This document shows positions 18,506 to 29,147 of a stretch of 64,000 nucleotides of DNA, in pieces. The translations under genes were made by a program, and so were the position numbers. The notes under the pieces are model-generated. The model worked only from the letters and a program-made list of their open reading frames with translations. It searched no databases and was not told the DNA's origin. Within the stretch, counting starts at the first letter, position 1; each line of letters opens with the position of its first letter. The stretch lies in sequence record OR538032.1, one strand, 5' to 3'.

Positions 18506-18966
18506 AACTCGTACCGATGACGGTCGATTACAGTGAGGATATTTACACGATGTGTAAGTATCTTCTACTTAACGACGCACACCCAGACTGTCCAGAAACT
18601 AAGATCGGGCGCTTTATGCTCGGTCGTGCAACTGGTCACACAACTTCGATGGTAAAGGCGGCAGAACGTCTACGTCGTGAAGGCTACAACGTCCTTGAAG
18701 TCTATTACAACGAAGCAAATCGCGCAATGAATCGCCGTGGTTGGAATCATGATATGGCAACGACTTATGATAAGATCGTGCGTGATGGATTCTATCACAA
18801 CGCATTTGTAGGTCGTGGCAACGCGAACATGCCAGACATCATCTTGTTTGACACATATTCGTTTGCTGAACAACGCATTCGCGGTGTATCTACGAAAGTA
18901 GATGAACTGATGCATATTTTGCATCGTGAGTTTAACAAGAAAACTGCGTTTTTCTTCATTCAATAG
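18502..18966 (+). CDS. hypothetical protein with degenerate P-loop
   Basis: GRATGHTT and IILFDT. Confidence 0.65.
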   Translation: MKLVPMTVDYSEDIYTMCKYLLLNDAHPDCPETKIGRFMLGRATGHTTSMVKAAERLRREGYNVLEVYYNEANRAMNRRGWNHDMATTYDKIVRDGFYHNAFVGRGNANMPDIILFDTYSFAEQRIRGVSTKVDELMHILHREFNKKTAFFFIQ

Positions 18967-18967
18967 T

Positions 18968-18997
18968 GTTTAGACCGATAAATAGCTGTGCTAATAT
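18968..18997 (+). promoter_or_regulatory. class II promoter with a nested late-type GATAAATA (18977-18984)
   Basis: G-TTTAGA-N17-TAATAT. Confidence 0.5.
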
Positions 18998-19022
18998 GAG
19001 CGCAGCTATTGAGGAAATACAC

Positions 19023-19232
19023 ATGAACTTAGACAATCACTTATCAATGCCAGAGATAAAGCACTGGGTCATCATTGACAGCTTCACTGGCCAAGAAAAA
19101 ATTCTCCCTGAAACTCAACTGCTTGAAGCGTTTGGTCAAGAACGTTGGCAGAAAATCACTTCTGGGATTGACGACTACTTTACAGCTTACGAGTATAACT
19201 TTGAATATACTGAACGTGGCTTTAAACTGTAA
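19023..19232 (+). CDS. small protein, possibly gp45.2-like
   Basis: SD GAGG before ATG 19023; lies between g46 and g45. Confidence 0.6.
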   Translation: MNLDNHLSMPEIKHWVIIDSFTGQEKILPETQLLEAFGQERWQKITSGIDDYFTAYEYNFEYTERGFKL

Positions 19233-19266
19233 TTGAAGACTATATCATAATTTTGAAGGTAAAAGA

Positions 19267-19932
19267 ATGAAACTTAACAAATCTACAATCGAAGTACTGA
19301 AGAACTTTGCAGGCATCAACAACGGTATGGTTATTCATGCTGGTTCACGTATTCGAACTCAAGACAACTTGAACAAGCAAATCGCTTATGCTGACATCGA
19401 AGATTCGTTCCCTGTAGAATTCGCAGTGTACGATCTGGGTGAGTTTCTGAGCGCATTGAATCTTCTTGACAATGCTGAACTTGATTTCCAAGAAAAATTC
19501 GTTGTTGTTACTGGCGACGGTGGCACTAAGCTGACTTTCCAATACGCAAACGCTGAGTTCGTGACCGAAGCTCCTGAAAAAGTGAACTTCCCAACTGAAC
19601 TAGACGGCGGTGCTGAATTCGACCTTAAAGGTGAAGATCTACAGCGCGTTAAGAAAGCGTCTGCGACTCTTGGTCTGTCTGACATTTGTGTACGCACTGA
19701 AGCGGGTAGCACTGCAATCACGCTGTCAGCTACTGACGCACAAGGTTCCAGCAAGCACACGTTCGAAATCAACGTTGGCGAAGCTGATGTTGACACTGAA
19801 TTCAAATTCTTCTTCAAATCAGAGCGTTTGAACATTGTCGACCAAGACTACAAAGTTTCGATTCACCCAGCGGGTATTTCTCGATTCCTTGGTCTTTCAC
19901 TTGAGTACTTCATTGCAACTGAAGCACTGTAA
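19267..19932 (+). CDS. 45: sliding clamp gp45
   Basis: MKLNKSTIEVLKNFAGIN, AVYDLGEFL, LEYFIATE; synteny. Confidence 0.95.
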   Translation: MKLNKSTIEVLKNFAGINNGMVIHAGSRIRTQDNLNKQIAYADIEDSFPVEFAVYDLGEFLSALNLLDNAELDFQEKFVVVTGDGGTKLTFQYANAEFVTEAPEKVNFPTELDGGAEFDLKGEDLQRVKKASATLGLSDICVRTEAGSTAITLSATDAQGSSKHTFEINVGEADVDTEFKFFFKSERLNIVDQDYKVSIHPAGISRFLGLSLEYFIATEAL

Positions 19933-19953
19933 GAGCTAGATTTTGTAAGTTAC

Positions 19954-19976
19954 GGGGCGTAACAGCCCCTTTTTTT
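19954..19976 (+). terminator. intrinsic terminator
   Basis: GGGGC-GTAACA-GCCCC-T7. Confidence 0.8.
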
Positions 19977-20003
19977 GAATATTTTATTATGGGAAACGAC
20001 TAA

Positions 20004-20960
20004 ATGGCAATTCAATCAGTAGCAAATGAACTTCTTTGGGAACAAAAATACCGTCCGCAATCAATCAAAGATTGTGTACTGCCTGAACGTGTTCGTAAAC
20101 TGTTTCAGAAAATGGTAGACGACAATCAAATCCCAAACATGCTGCTATGTAGCTCTTCACCGGGTACTGGTAAAACGACTGTTGCTCGTGCAGTACTTGC
20201 AGATATGGGTTATGAAGTTCTATTTGTTAACGCATCATCAAGCCGTGGTATTGGTCTTGTTCAAAACGACTTACCGGCATTTTGCTCAACTGTTTCATTC
20301 TCTGGTAATCCAAAAGCGGTTATTCTCGATGAGGCAGACAACTTAACTCCAGACGCTCAAAAAGCTCTACGTGGTTTGATTGAACAGTACAGCAAAAACG
20401 TTCGATTCGTTCTAACGTGTAACTATGCTCAGAAAATCTTGACACCGATTCGTTCACGTCTGCAAGAATTTGAATTCGTGTACAACAAAGAAGAACAGCT
20501 ATCTTGCGTTAAGCAAATGATTGTTCGCTCTATGCAAATCTGTAAACAAGAAGGTGTATCGGTTACTAACGCTGCTGTTCTCAAAGAGCTTGTGAAGCGT
20601 AACTACCCAGATAATCGCAAAACCATCGTTTCATTGCAAAACTACGCACGAAACGGCGTGATTGACGAAGGTATTCTGTCTGAAATCACCGCAAATGACG
20701 ATATTTCTGAAATGCTCGACGCATTGAAATCGAAAGACTTCAAAACTGTGCGTAGTTTGATTCCGAAATACTCTGGTGACATTGCATCGTTTCTGCATAA
20801 TCTTTACAAAGCAGCATACACGCATTTAGACGGCAATAGCATCCCTGTTTTCATCCAAATTGTCGGCGAAGCAAACAACAACGCGACCACTTGTGTCGAT
20901 ACTGAAATACTACTAGCGTACACATTGGTTCAGATCATGCTTGAATGTACTTTCGCATAA
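20004..20960 (+). CDS. 44: clamp loader ATPase gp44
   Basis: WEQKYRP, SSSPGTGKTT, ILDEAD, LTCN, IRSR. Confidence 0.97.
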   Translation: MAIQSVANELLWEQKYRPQSIKDCVLPERVRKLFQKMVDDNQIPNMLLCSSSPGTGKTTVARAVLADMGYEVLFVNASSSRGIGLVQNDLPAFCSTVSFSGNPKAVILDEADNLTPDAQKALRGLIEQYSKNVRFVLTCNYAQKILTPIRSRLQEFEFVYNKEEQLSCVKQMIVRSMQICKQEGVSVTNAAVLKELVKRNYPDNRKTIVSLQNYARNGVIDEGILSEITANDDISEMLDALKSKDFKTVRSLIPKYSGDIASFLHNLYKAAYTHLDGNSIPVFIQIVGEANNNATTCVDTEILLAYTLVQIMLECTFA

Positions 20961-20969
20961 GGGGGTTTG

Positions 20970-21458
20970 ATGGACATTTTTGAACTACTCGCGAAAGGTG
21001 AAGAAGCTGAGAAAGCAGCGCAGAACGAACAGGCTGAGTTCGAAGCTGAAATGAAGGCGGCGAAAGTCAAAAAACTCTCGCCATTTGACTTTCTCAATAG
21101 CTTGTACATGAAAGACTACATCATGAACGATGATGTGAAGAGTCAATATCAAGCATTCATGGTGAATCGCGGCATGTCGAATGGCATCGACACAGTGGTT
21201 CATGCGTACATCATGGATCAAGTCGGTAGTAAACTGCCACCTGATATGCAATATGATTACTATTATCATGCAGTTCGAAAAGGTAAGCGATACAACTCGT
21301 GGGCGAAAGAAACGAAATACGAAGCAGTTGATATGATCATGGAAATCTATCAAATCAACAAGCAAAAAGCTATTGATGTGCTTCATCGTCTGACCGCTGA
21401 TGAGCTTGAGCAGTTGACTACATGGTTTGAATCCCGAACAGGGGGCTTAACACGCTAA
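20970..21458 (+). CDS. 62: clamp loader subunit gp62
   Basis: SPFDFLNS, FMVNRGMS, KGKRYNSWAK; synteny. Confidence 0.9.
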   Translation: MDIFELLAKGEEAEKAAQNEQAEFEAEMKAAKVKKLSPFDFLNSLYMKDYIMNDDVKSQYQAFMVNRGMSNGIDTVVHAYIMDQVGSKLPPDMQYDYYYHAVRKGKRYNSWAKETKYEAVDMIMEIYQINKQKAIDVLHRLTADELEQLTTWFESRTGGLTR

Positions 21459-21492
21459 TAAATATGTTTTTATTATGCTGTTGAGATTAATC

Positions 21493-21873
21493 ATGGACAT
21501 TATTAACAAACTTGAAATTCAATTACCAGATGACGATGCCTTTCTAAAGATTCGCGAGACTCTAACGCGAATTGGCATCGCCAATAACAAAACAAACACT
21601 CTGTACCAGTCATGTCATATTCTTCAGAAGCGTGGCGTTTACTTTCTGGTACACTTCAAAGAGCTTTTAGCACTTGACGGTCGTTGTGTGGAAATCACTG
21701 CTGAAGACATTGAACGACGCAACAACATCGCCAAGTTACTCGAAGATTGGAACTTGTGTAAGATTGCTCATCCTGAGTCACATGAATTCACTGGTGACAA
21801 TAAGTTCCGCGTAATTTCGTTCCGCGATTCTAAAAACTGGAATCTAAGGTACAAATACAAAATCGGTGGCTAA
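21493..21873 (+). CDS. regA: translational repressor RegA
   Basis: FLKIRETLTRIGIAN, LYQSCHILQKRG, HFKELL. Confidence 0.97.
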   Translation: MDIINKLEIQLPDDDAFLKIRETLTRIGIANNKTNTLYQSCHILQKRGVYFLVHFKELLALDGRCVEITAEDIERRNNIAKLLEDWNLCKIAHPESHEFTGDNKFRVISFRDSKNWNLRYKYKIGG

Positions 21874-21906
21874 TATGCGCAGAGAAGAAGACTGGTTTTA
21901 ATGAAT

Positions 21907-21926
21907 AAGGGGCATTCGCCCCTTTT
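21907..21926 (+). terminator. intrinsic terminator
   Basis: GGGGC-ATTC-GCCCC-TTTT. Confidence 0.8.
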
Positions 21927-21942
21927 ATTTGAGGAATACACT

Positions 21943-22461
21943 ATGAACAACGAACGTTTTCAAGAACTACTACAATTCGGCGGCGAATTCGAAGCTGCTG
22001 TTGAGCCTAAGATAGCAAGAGTGTTCTGTCACGCTGACCCAGACGCAATGCTAATCAATACGGCAACATCCAAAACAGACCAGAAACATAAGCGCGGTCA
22101 ACGCCTCATGTACTGTCAAGACACATCCGCAAGCTTTATGCTACCTGACGTGTTTGTTTTCACAAAAGGCAAACAATTCTGCGTAGAAATCAAATGCAAG
22201 AAACGCTTTTACCGACACACTGATGGTAAATTATATGGCGTAATCGACACCTACAAAGTTCAAGAGTATCGCGACGCAGTTCGCCACATGGGATTTGATG
22301 GTATTTTCTATGTGTTCGGTGATGAAGAAACACGCTCGGTTTATTTTGCAAAAGACGACCCGATTGACATCAAAATACCTGCGTTTCGCGAATACAAAAA
22401 CAAAAAAGGCGAGTTTAAAGCCTGGCTAATCGACGATTTGCACTTTTTAGGGAAATGGTAG
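21943..22461 (+). CDS. putative PD-(D/E)XK nuclease
   Basis: LPDVFVF...CVEIKCK; SD GAGGA before ATG 21943. Confidence 0.6.
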   Translation: MNNERFQELLQFGGEFEAAVEPKIARVFCHADPDAMLINTATSKTDQKHKRGQRLMYCQDTSASFMLPDVFVFTKGKQFCVEIKCKKRFYRHTDGKLYGVIDTYKVQEYRDAVRHMGFDGIFYVFGDEETRSVYFAKDDPIDIKIPAFREYKNKKGEFKAWLIDDLHFLGKW

Positions 22462-22490
22462 TTTAGAACTGCATTTTTCTCTGATAGCAT
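22461..22490 (+). promoter_or_regulatory. class II promoter for g43
   Basis: G-TTTAGA-N17-TAGCAT. Confidence 0.55.
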
Positions 22491-22521
22491 AACAGCACGT
22501 AACAACTTGTGAAGGAATAAC

Positions 22522-25074
22522 ATGACAATCTATACATCAATTGAACGAATCGGCTCTAATCTTTGCGAACGCTACATCGACGACGACGGTTTTGAGCATA
22601 TGCGCAAAGTGAAATACGAACCGACGTTGTTCATTCACTGCAATGAAGAAACTGGATACAAAGACATTTACGGTCGCAACTGTCGCCCTAAGATGTTTGA
22701 CACAATGGGCGAAGCGAGTAAGTACATCAAAGAAACGAAGCAGTTCAACGAAGTGCTTGGTATGGATGATTTCATCGTTACGTATATCTCAGATGTGTAT
22801 AAGCAGCGTGAATTCGATATGTCTCGCATTCGCATTGCTAACATAGATATTGAAACTCCGTCTGTGGAGTTCCCTGAAGCAGCACATGCGCCAGTGCCAA
22901 TCACGTCAATTGGTCACTATGACAACATCGACGATAAATTCTACGTTTACGGTATCCCGTCAAACACTGAGTGGAAACGCGAAAGCAGCATCGTTAAGCC
23001 AGAGCTTCTAGAAAAGACTGTTTACATTCGATGTGCTACAGAAAAAGAGCTACTTGTTAAGTATCTTCAATTCTGGCGTGAGAAAACACCAGCAATCGTA
23101 ACAGGTTGGAACATTGAATCGTTCGATATGCCGTACATCGTCAACCGATACAAGAATCTGTTTGGCGAGAAAGTGATGAACAGCTTGTCACCATGGGGTA
23201 AAGTTCAAGTATCAACTACAGTCAACGATTACGGTCAAGAAATATGTAAAGTGAATATTCTCGGCGTATCTGAACTCGATTATCTTCAACTTTACAAGAA
23301 ATTCACGTATGTGACACGACCATCATATCGTCTAGATTACATCGGTGAAGTTGAGCTTGATGAGAAAAAGGTCGAGTTCGAACAAGCGAACTACCTTGAG
23401 TTCTATGAGCAAGATTATCAGAACTTCATTGACTACCAGATTCAAGACGTTAACTTGGTTAAGCGTCTAGATGAGAAGCTTCAGCTAATGCTTTTGACTA
23501 TCTCTCTAGCGTACTACGCGGGTATCAACTATCAAACGGTATTAGGCACAATCAAACCGTGGGATGCAATCATCTTTAACAGCTTGAAAGCTGAGAAGAA
23601 GGTTGTTCCGATGATGCGTTCACACGAAGGTGGACGATTCATGGGTGCGTTTGTTAAAGCGCCTCAAGTGGGTTATCATCGTGGAATTGGCTCATTCGAC
23701 TTGACATCACTATACCCGTCGATTATTCGCGAATGTAACATTTCACCAGAAACAATCGTTGGTCAGCTTGACTACGAAGGGTCTCTTGAAGATCGTATCG
23801 ACAAGATTGTTGAAGGGTTGATCACGTTCCCTGCTGATGAGTTATCAAACAGCGCGAACGGTATGCAGTATCGCAAAGACGTACGCGGCGTGATTCCAGT
23901 TGAAATTGAGAAAGTTTTCTTCCAGCGTAAAGCGAATAAGAAGAAAGCATTCGAATACGAGCAACAAGCAATCGACATCCAGAAACAGATGGATGAACAA
24001 GGTGAAACGCCTGAACTGCGTGCAGCGTATGAAGAAGCGAAACATCAAGCGAAGATCTACGACGTACAGCAAATGGCTCGTAAGATTCTTATCAACTCAC
24101 TCTATGGTGCGTTAGGTAACGAATACTTCCGATTCTATGACTTGCGTAACGCTGAAGCAGTAACAGCTTATGGTCAGCTTGCAATCAAGTGGGTAGCGCG
24201 TGATGTGAACATTTGGTTGAACAAAGTTTGTAAGACAACTGACAAAGACTACGTGATTTACGGTGATACCGACTCAATCTACGTTAACTTCGATCCGTTG
24301 CTTGAACTGACAGGCATCAACAAGCTTGAGGGTGACGACTACACAGACAAATTCGCTAAAGTATGTGAGACTGTTGAAACGAAAGTTATCAACCCGTCAT
24401 ACGAAGCACTTCACAAGTACATGAACACGTACGAGCGTCAAATGTTCATGGATCGTGAGGTACTGGCACGTACTGGCTTCTTTATCGCGAAAAAGCGTTA
24501 TGCACTTGACGTACAAGATAACGAAGGCATTCGTAAACCGAAGCTGAAAATCATGGGTATTGAGACTCAACGTAGTTCAACACCACCACTTTGCCAAAAA
24601 GGTCTTAAAGAAGCAATTCGATTGATTCTGCAAGAAGGCGAAGCGAAGCTTCAAGAATTTGTAAAGGGGTATGAGAAAGAGTTCAAGGCAGCTCCGTATC
24701 AAGAAGTGTCATTTGTATCTAGTGCAAACAACATGAACAAATACTCTGATGATAAAGGCAATCCAGGTAAGGGATGCCCAGGTCACGTGAAAGGCGCGCT
24801 GTACTACAACAAGCTTGCTGAAGAGCACGGGTTCGACAAGATCAACGAGGGTGACAAAATCGCTGTTGTGTTCTTGACTCGAAACAAGCACGGTATTGAC
24901 CGTATTGCTTACCCGTCTGGTGGCAAACTGCCTGAAGCAATCTCATACTTGATTGATCACGTTGATTACAATCGTCTGTATGAAGATAAGTTCATCAAAC
25001 CGTTGAGCGCGATTTCTGAAGCAATCAAGTTCGACTACAAGAAAACTATCACATTGGAGAGTTTCTTTGGCTAA
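22522..25074 (+). CDS. 43: family B DNA polymerase gp43
   Basis: DIET (Exo I), [31 protein letters not shown]. Confidence 0.99.
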
Positions 25075-25375
25075 TGTAGATAAATTTGCAATCGGGGGCG
25101 CAGAAATGCGCCCTGAGATTGGCGACGTGTGTCGTGACCACTTTCCGACTTCGAGAAATTGGCATGAGGATTGGAACACGACTGCGATTAATTACGTGAA
25201 ATACGAGAATGATATTCACCTCGACATTTCATCTTGGTACGTAGATGCAGAGAACAATGTTCTGTCAATCACGTTGAAAAATGAAGAGCCGTCGATTCAC
25301 GGGATGATTGTTCCACCTCGTGTTTGCCTTGACCTGACTAAGGTCAGAGAAATAATCACAGAAATCTTGAAATAA
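25067..25375 (+). CDS. hypothetical protein
   Basis: TTG start overlapping the g43 end. Confidence 0.6.
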
Positions 25376-25379
25376 GACG

Positions 25380-25408
25380 TTGACAGTGTGCATGAACTCG
25401 TGTACACT
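25380..25408 (+). promoter_or_regulatory. sigma70-type promoter inside an inverted repeat
   Basis: TTGACA-N17-TACACT; IR ACAGTGTGCA/TGTACACTGT. Confidence 0.65.
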
Positions 25409-25438
25409 GTTAAAAGACTATTTTGAGAGGAAAAGACA

Positions 25439-26584
25439 ATGACTACACAAGAACTATACAATCATTTGATGACACTGACCGAAGACGCCGAAGGCAAGTT
25501 CTTCTTTGCTGATCACATTTCACCGCTCGGTGAGAAACTTCGCGTGTTTAGCTATCACATTGCGTCGTACTCTGACTGGCTGCTGCCGGGTGCTCTTGAA
25601 GCGCGTGGTATCATGTTCCAGCTTGACGAACAAGATAAGATGGTTCGTATCGTGTCTCGCCCGATGGAGAAGTTCTTCAATCTGAACGAGAATCCCTTTA
25701 CGATGGATCTTGACTTGACGACTACTGTTCAGCTAATGGACAAAGCTGATGGTTCTTTAATCAGTACGTATCTGACTGGTGAGAACTTCGCGCTGAAGTC
25801 AAAAACAAGCATCTTCTCTGAGCAAGCCGTTGCAGCGAATCGCTACATCAAATTGCCAGAGAATCGCGACTTGTGGGAATTCTGTGACGACTTAACTCAA
25901 GCAGGTTGTACAGTCAACATGGAATGGTGCGCGCCAAATAACCGTATTGTTCTTGAGTATCCAGAAGCGAAGCTGGTCATCTTGAATATTCGTGACAACG
26001 AAACAGGTGATTACGTGAGCTTTGACGACATCCCGCTACCTGCGTTGATGCGTGTCAAGAAGTGGTTAGTCGATGAGTATGACCCTGAAACTGCACACGT
26101 AGACGATTTCGTTGAGAAATTGCGTGCGACTAAAGGCATCGAAGGCATGATCTTGCGCCTAGCAAACGGTCAATCGGTGAAAATCAAGACTCAGTGGTAT
26201 GTCGATCTGCACTCGCAAAAAGACTCTGTGAACGTTCCGAAGAAGTTGGTGACAACTATCTTGAACAATAATCACGATGACCTGTACGCGCTGTTTGCCG
26301 ACGACAAGCCGACAATCGACCGCATTCGTGAGTTCGATTCTCACGTATCGAAGACTGTATCTGCATCGTTCCACGCTGTAAGTCAGTTTTACGTGAAAAA
26401 TCGACATATGTCGCGCAAAGATTATGCAATCGCAGGTCAGAAAGCACTTAAACCGTGGGAATTTGGCGTAGCAATGATCGCGTATCAGAAGAAAACCGTC
26501 GAAGGCGTGTACGAAGCTTTAGTCGGTGCGTATCTGAAGCGACCAGAACTACTCATTCCTGAGAAGTATCTGAATGAGGCATAA
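25439..26584 (+). CDS. rnlA: RNA ligase 1 (gp63)
   Basis: ARGIMF, EKFFNLNE, KADGSLI, EGMIL, KIKTQWY. Confidence 0.95.
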   Translation: MTTQELYNHLMTLTEDAEGKFFFADHISPLGEKLRVFSYHIASYSDWLLPGALEARGIMFQLDEQDKMVRIVSRPMEKFFNLNENPFTMDLDLTTTVQLMDKADGSLISTYLTGENFALKSKTSIFSEQAVAANRYIKLPENRDLWEFCDDLTQAGCTVNMEWCAPNNRIVLEYPEAKLVILNIRDNETGDYVSFDDIPLPALMRVKKWLVDEYDPETAHVDDFVEKLRATKGIEGMILRLANGQSVKIKTQWYVDLHSQKDSVNVPKKLVTTILNNNHDDLYALFADDKPTIDRIREFDSHVSKTVSASFHAVSQFYVKNRHMSRKDYAIAGQKALKPWEFGVAMIAYQKKTVEGVYEALVGAYLKRPELLIPEKYLNEA

Positions 26585-26857
26585 ATGCACCACTTTGTAT
26601 TTCAAAACGGGGAGCCGATGCGAGTCGGCAACCCACAAGAGTTCATAGAAAAATTCAACAAATATTTCCTACCAGAGCTGCAAAAACGATTAGATGACGA
26701 CCCGAAAACTCGCGGTGGTCGAATCGTGTATGCGGGCCCTTCTAAAACAGACACTATTCAAGGCATTGATGTTCAAATAATGGACAAAGATGGTATCGTG
26801 TCTACGTTTTACGTGAATGTCTTCACACAGACGTTCAGTCCTGTCTTCTACCAGTGA
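26585..26857 (+). CDS. hypothetical protein
   Basis: Coupled ORF. Confidence 0.7.
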   Translation: MHHFVFQNGEPMRVGNPQEFIEKFNKYFLPELQKRLDDDPKTRGGRIVYAGPSKTDTIQGIDVQIMDKDGIVSTFYVNVFTQTFSPVFYQ

Positions 26858-26863
26858 TAAATA
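26856..26863 (+). promoter_or_regulatory. late promoter variant for the spanins
   Basis: GATAAATA upstream of the spanin pair. Confidence 0.65.
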
Positions 26864-26893
26864 CTCCCGTATGAATAATATGGGAGTAATATC

Positions 26894-27277
26894 ATGTTCG
26901 CACAATACAAAATCTATGTGCTATTGGCTATTGCTGCTGTGTTCATTGGGTCTATTGGTTATCTGAAGTATGAGAATGTTAGTCTTGAGAAAGAACTAGT
27001 CACTCAAATTGCTGAAGTCGAACGACTGACTGGTGATAATGAACGCTTGCACGCGACTGTTGAAAGCAAAGACCGCACAATCGAGAACTGGCGTTCAGTT
27101 TACAACGAGCAAGAGCAGTATCGAAGCAAACTTCAGAAAGATCTAGACGAACTAACCGCAACTATAGACACGTATAAGTCACGTCAAGACATCGTGTTTA
27201 AAAAGCCAGGTCTAGTTCAGATTAAAGAGCAGAAGGCTCTTGATAAGTTCTTTGATGAGGTGCGTAATGGTCAATAA
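26894..27277 (+). CDS. pseT.3: inner-membrane spanin (Rz-like)
   Basis: N-terminal TM, coiled coil, KPGLV motif; position near pseT. Confidence 0.85.
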   Translation: MFAQYKIYVLLAIAAVFIGSIGYLKYENVSLEKELVTQIAEVERLTGDNERLHATVESKDRTIENWRSVYNEQEQYRSKLQKDLDELTATIDTYKSRQDIVFKKPGLVQIKEQKALDKFFDEVRNGQ

Positions 27278-27596
27278 AATCATAGCTATTGCTCTATGCT
27301 TAACGCTGGTTGGGTGTATCGGTACACCAAAAGAGCCAGTACCAGAGCCGCCAAAGAATGAAATCGTTCATCCGAACATACCGACCCCGCCGCCAAATCC
27401 CGGTGTTAAAATATTGGTCATTACGACGGACACTATCAAAGCTAATACAGCTTACGTGGGGTTTGAGTACGACGAGTGGCTAGATTTCGCGAAATGGATG
27501 CACTCGTACAAGTCATATAACCAAGATTTGCTTGAAGTTATTCGACTGTATAAAGAGCAAGATCCGAACATTCAGAAAAAAGTTGAAAATAATTAA
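27267..27596 (+). CDS. pseT.2: outer-membrane lipoprotein spanin (Rz1-like)
   Basis: Lipobox LVGC; Pro-rich region. Confidence 0.85.
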   Translation: MVNKIIAIALCLTLVGCIGTPKEPVPEPPKNEIVHPNIPTPPPNPGVKILVITTDTIKANTAYVGFEYDEWLDFAKWMHSYKSYNQDLLEVIRLYKEQDPNIQKKVENN

Positions 27597-27605
27597 AGAA
27601 AAGGG

Positions 27606-27634
27606 TTGCTTCGGCAGCCCTTTTCTCGTATTAT
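27606..27634 (+). promoter_or_regulatory. class I promoter fused to a UUCG terminator
   Basis: TTGCTT-N17-TATTAT, ATCGAAACGA at 27641. Confidence 0.8.
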
Positions 27635-27675
27635 AGCTTTATCGAAACGACATCGACTAACAAAGAGAGCATATT

Positions 27676-27975
27676 ATGATTCAATTCAAACGCAGAAATC
27701 TTGTACCTGACAATCAATCTCCACTATGGGCATATGATTCAGTTGACGCGCTTAAAAGCGACGACTTGAATGAGCGTAACTTTTACAACAACGTAACAGG
27801 TGAAACTCACAACAAGCTGCGTATCACTCGCGGTCGATTCGACAAGAAATGGGTTCTTCGTGCTACGTCTAAAGACAACGACTTCAAATTGTTAGTTGTC
27901 GCTGATGACTTCAAAACGAAGAAAGAAGCAATTGAATACGTAAATGACGTTTACTTAAACACAAAAGGGCTGTAA
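27676..27975 (+). CDS. early hypothetical protein
   Basis: AGAGAG RBS. Confidence 0.75.
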   Translation: MIQFKRRNLVPDNQSPLWAYDSVDALKSDDLNERNFYNNVTGETHNKLRITRGRFDKKWVLRATSKDNDFKLLVVADDFKTKKEAIEYVNDVYLNTKGL

Positions 27976-27976
27976 G

Positions 27977-28210
27977 ATGAACGAACTTATTGATGCAACA
28001 AACGAAGCGCGTACTCAATACGAACAGTATGGTGCATGTAGTGCTTTTCAAATTGAAAGTCTACTCGCTGAACTCGAAAAGCACGCTTCTGACAACGCTG
28101 TTGTGAAGTCTGCACGCACTGAGTTCGACGATTACGATAATTTGACTGGTACACGTATTGATCAACTACTGACAGTCGCTGAAGTCACCATCTTTAAAAC
28201 AAACAAGTGA
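27977..28210 (+). CDS. hypothetical protein
   Basis: Coupled ORF. Confidence 0.7.
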   Translation: MNELIDATNEARTQYEQYGACSAFQIESLLAELEKHASDNAVVKSARTEFDDYDNLTGTRIDQLLTVAEVTIFKTNK

Positions 28211-28220
28211 GAAAAGCTTA

Positions 28221-29138
28221 ATGAAACTGATTGTAACCGTCGGTGTGCCTGCGTCCGGCAAAACTACGTGGGCTGAGAAATTCTGTGCAAACGGAAAAGC
28301 AGTAAATGTCAATCGCGACGACACTCGTCAAGAACTGTTCGGTCCTTTCAAGTGGGGCGAATACAGCTTCAAGAAGCAGAACGAAGAACTTGTGACGAAA
28401 GTCAACAAAGACAAAGCTATGCTTGCCCTACGTTCTGGTAAAGACGTTGTAATCTCTGATACTAACCTTGTGCCAGAGCGTCGTGAAGAGTGGCGTAATA
28501 TCGCTAAACAGCTTGGTGCTGAATACGAAGAGAAGTTGTTTCATATCTCTTTCGATGAAGCATTTGCACGCGATAAAGCTCGTGAAATGTCAGTTGGTGG
28601 TAAAGTTCTAACAACTATGTTCCAGAACTACCACAAAAACAACCGCGATTTGATTATCGCGCACTTCAAATCACTGCTTGAGCCTCTTTGGGAAGCAGGT
28701 ACTGAGTTGTGCGTATTGTCTGACATCGACGGCACAGTTGCTGAAATGCACAAAGGTGTTAAAGGTCGTCGTAGCCCATTTGAATGGCTACGTGTTGAAG
28801 AAGACTCACCGCGTGACACCGTAATCGAAATGCTAGATCTTCTAAGCGCCCACTATCCAATCATTTTCATGAGCGGTCGTGATGGTGTTTGTGAAGAGCA
28901 TACACGCCGTTGGCTATTGAAGCATATGCCATTCGCGTATTCAAGTGGGTTTGACTTGGTCATGCGTGGTAAAGGCGATTCACGCCCAGACTGGGTAATC
29001 AAACTAGAATTGCTACTAGAATTAGCAAAACGTGGTTATCGTCGTCCTATCGTGATGTTCGATGATCGTGATCAAGTAGTCAATACTCTACGTGAAGTAG
29101 GTGTTGAAGTGTTCCAAGTACAACCAGGTAACTTTTAA
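28221..29138 (+). CDS. pseT: polynucleotide 5'-kinase/3'-phosphatase
   Basis: GVPASGKTTW, NRDD, DIDGT, SGR, RPD..IK, FDDR. Confidence 0.96.
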   Translation: MKLIVTVGVPASGKTTWAEKFCANGKAVNVNRDDTRQELFGPFKWGEYSFKKQNEELVTKVNKDKAMLALRSGKDVVISDTNLVPERREEWRNIAKQLGAEYEEKLFHISFDEAFARDKAREMSVGGKVLTTMFQNYHKNNRDLIIAHFKSLLEPLWEAGTELCVLSDIDGTVAEMHKGVKGRRSPFEWLRVEEDSPRDTVIEMLDLLSAHYPIIFMSGRDGVCEEHTRRWLLKHMPFAYSSGFDLVMRGKGDSRPDWVIKLELLLELAKRGYRRPIVMFDDRDQVVNTLREVGVEVFQVQPGNF

Positions 29139-29147
29139 GGCAAAATT

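Noticed and set aside
21424-21434. GGTTTGAATCC resembling a tRNA T-loop
   Set aside because: Lies inside the gp62 CDS, is TTTG rather than TTCG, and has no cloverleaf around it
21457-21464. AATAAATA as a late promoter for regA
   Set aside because: One mismatch in AT-rich sequence, and regA is not expected to be a late gene; too weak to call
22522-25074. Intron, intein or split in g43
   Set aside because: Single uninterrupted 850-aa ORF with all motifs in order
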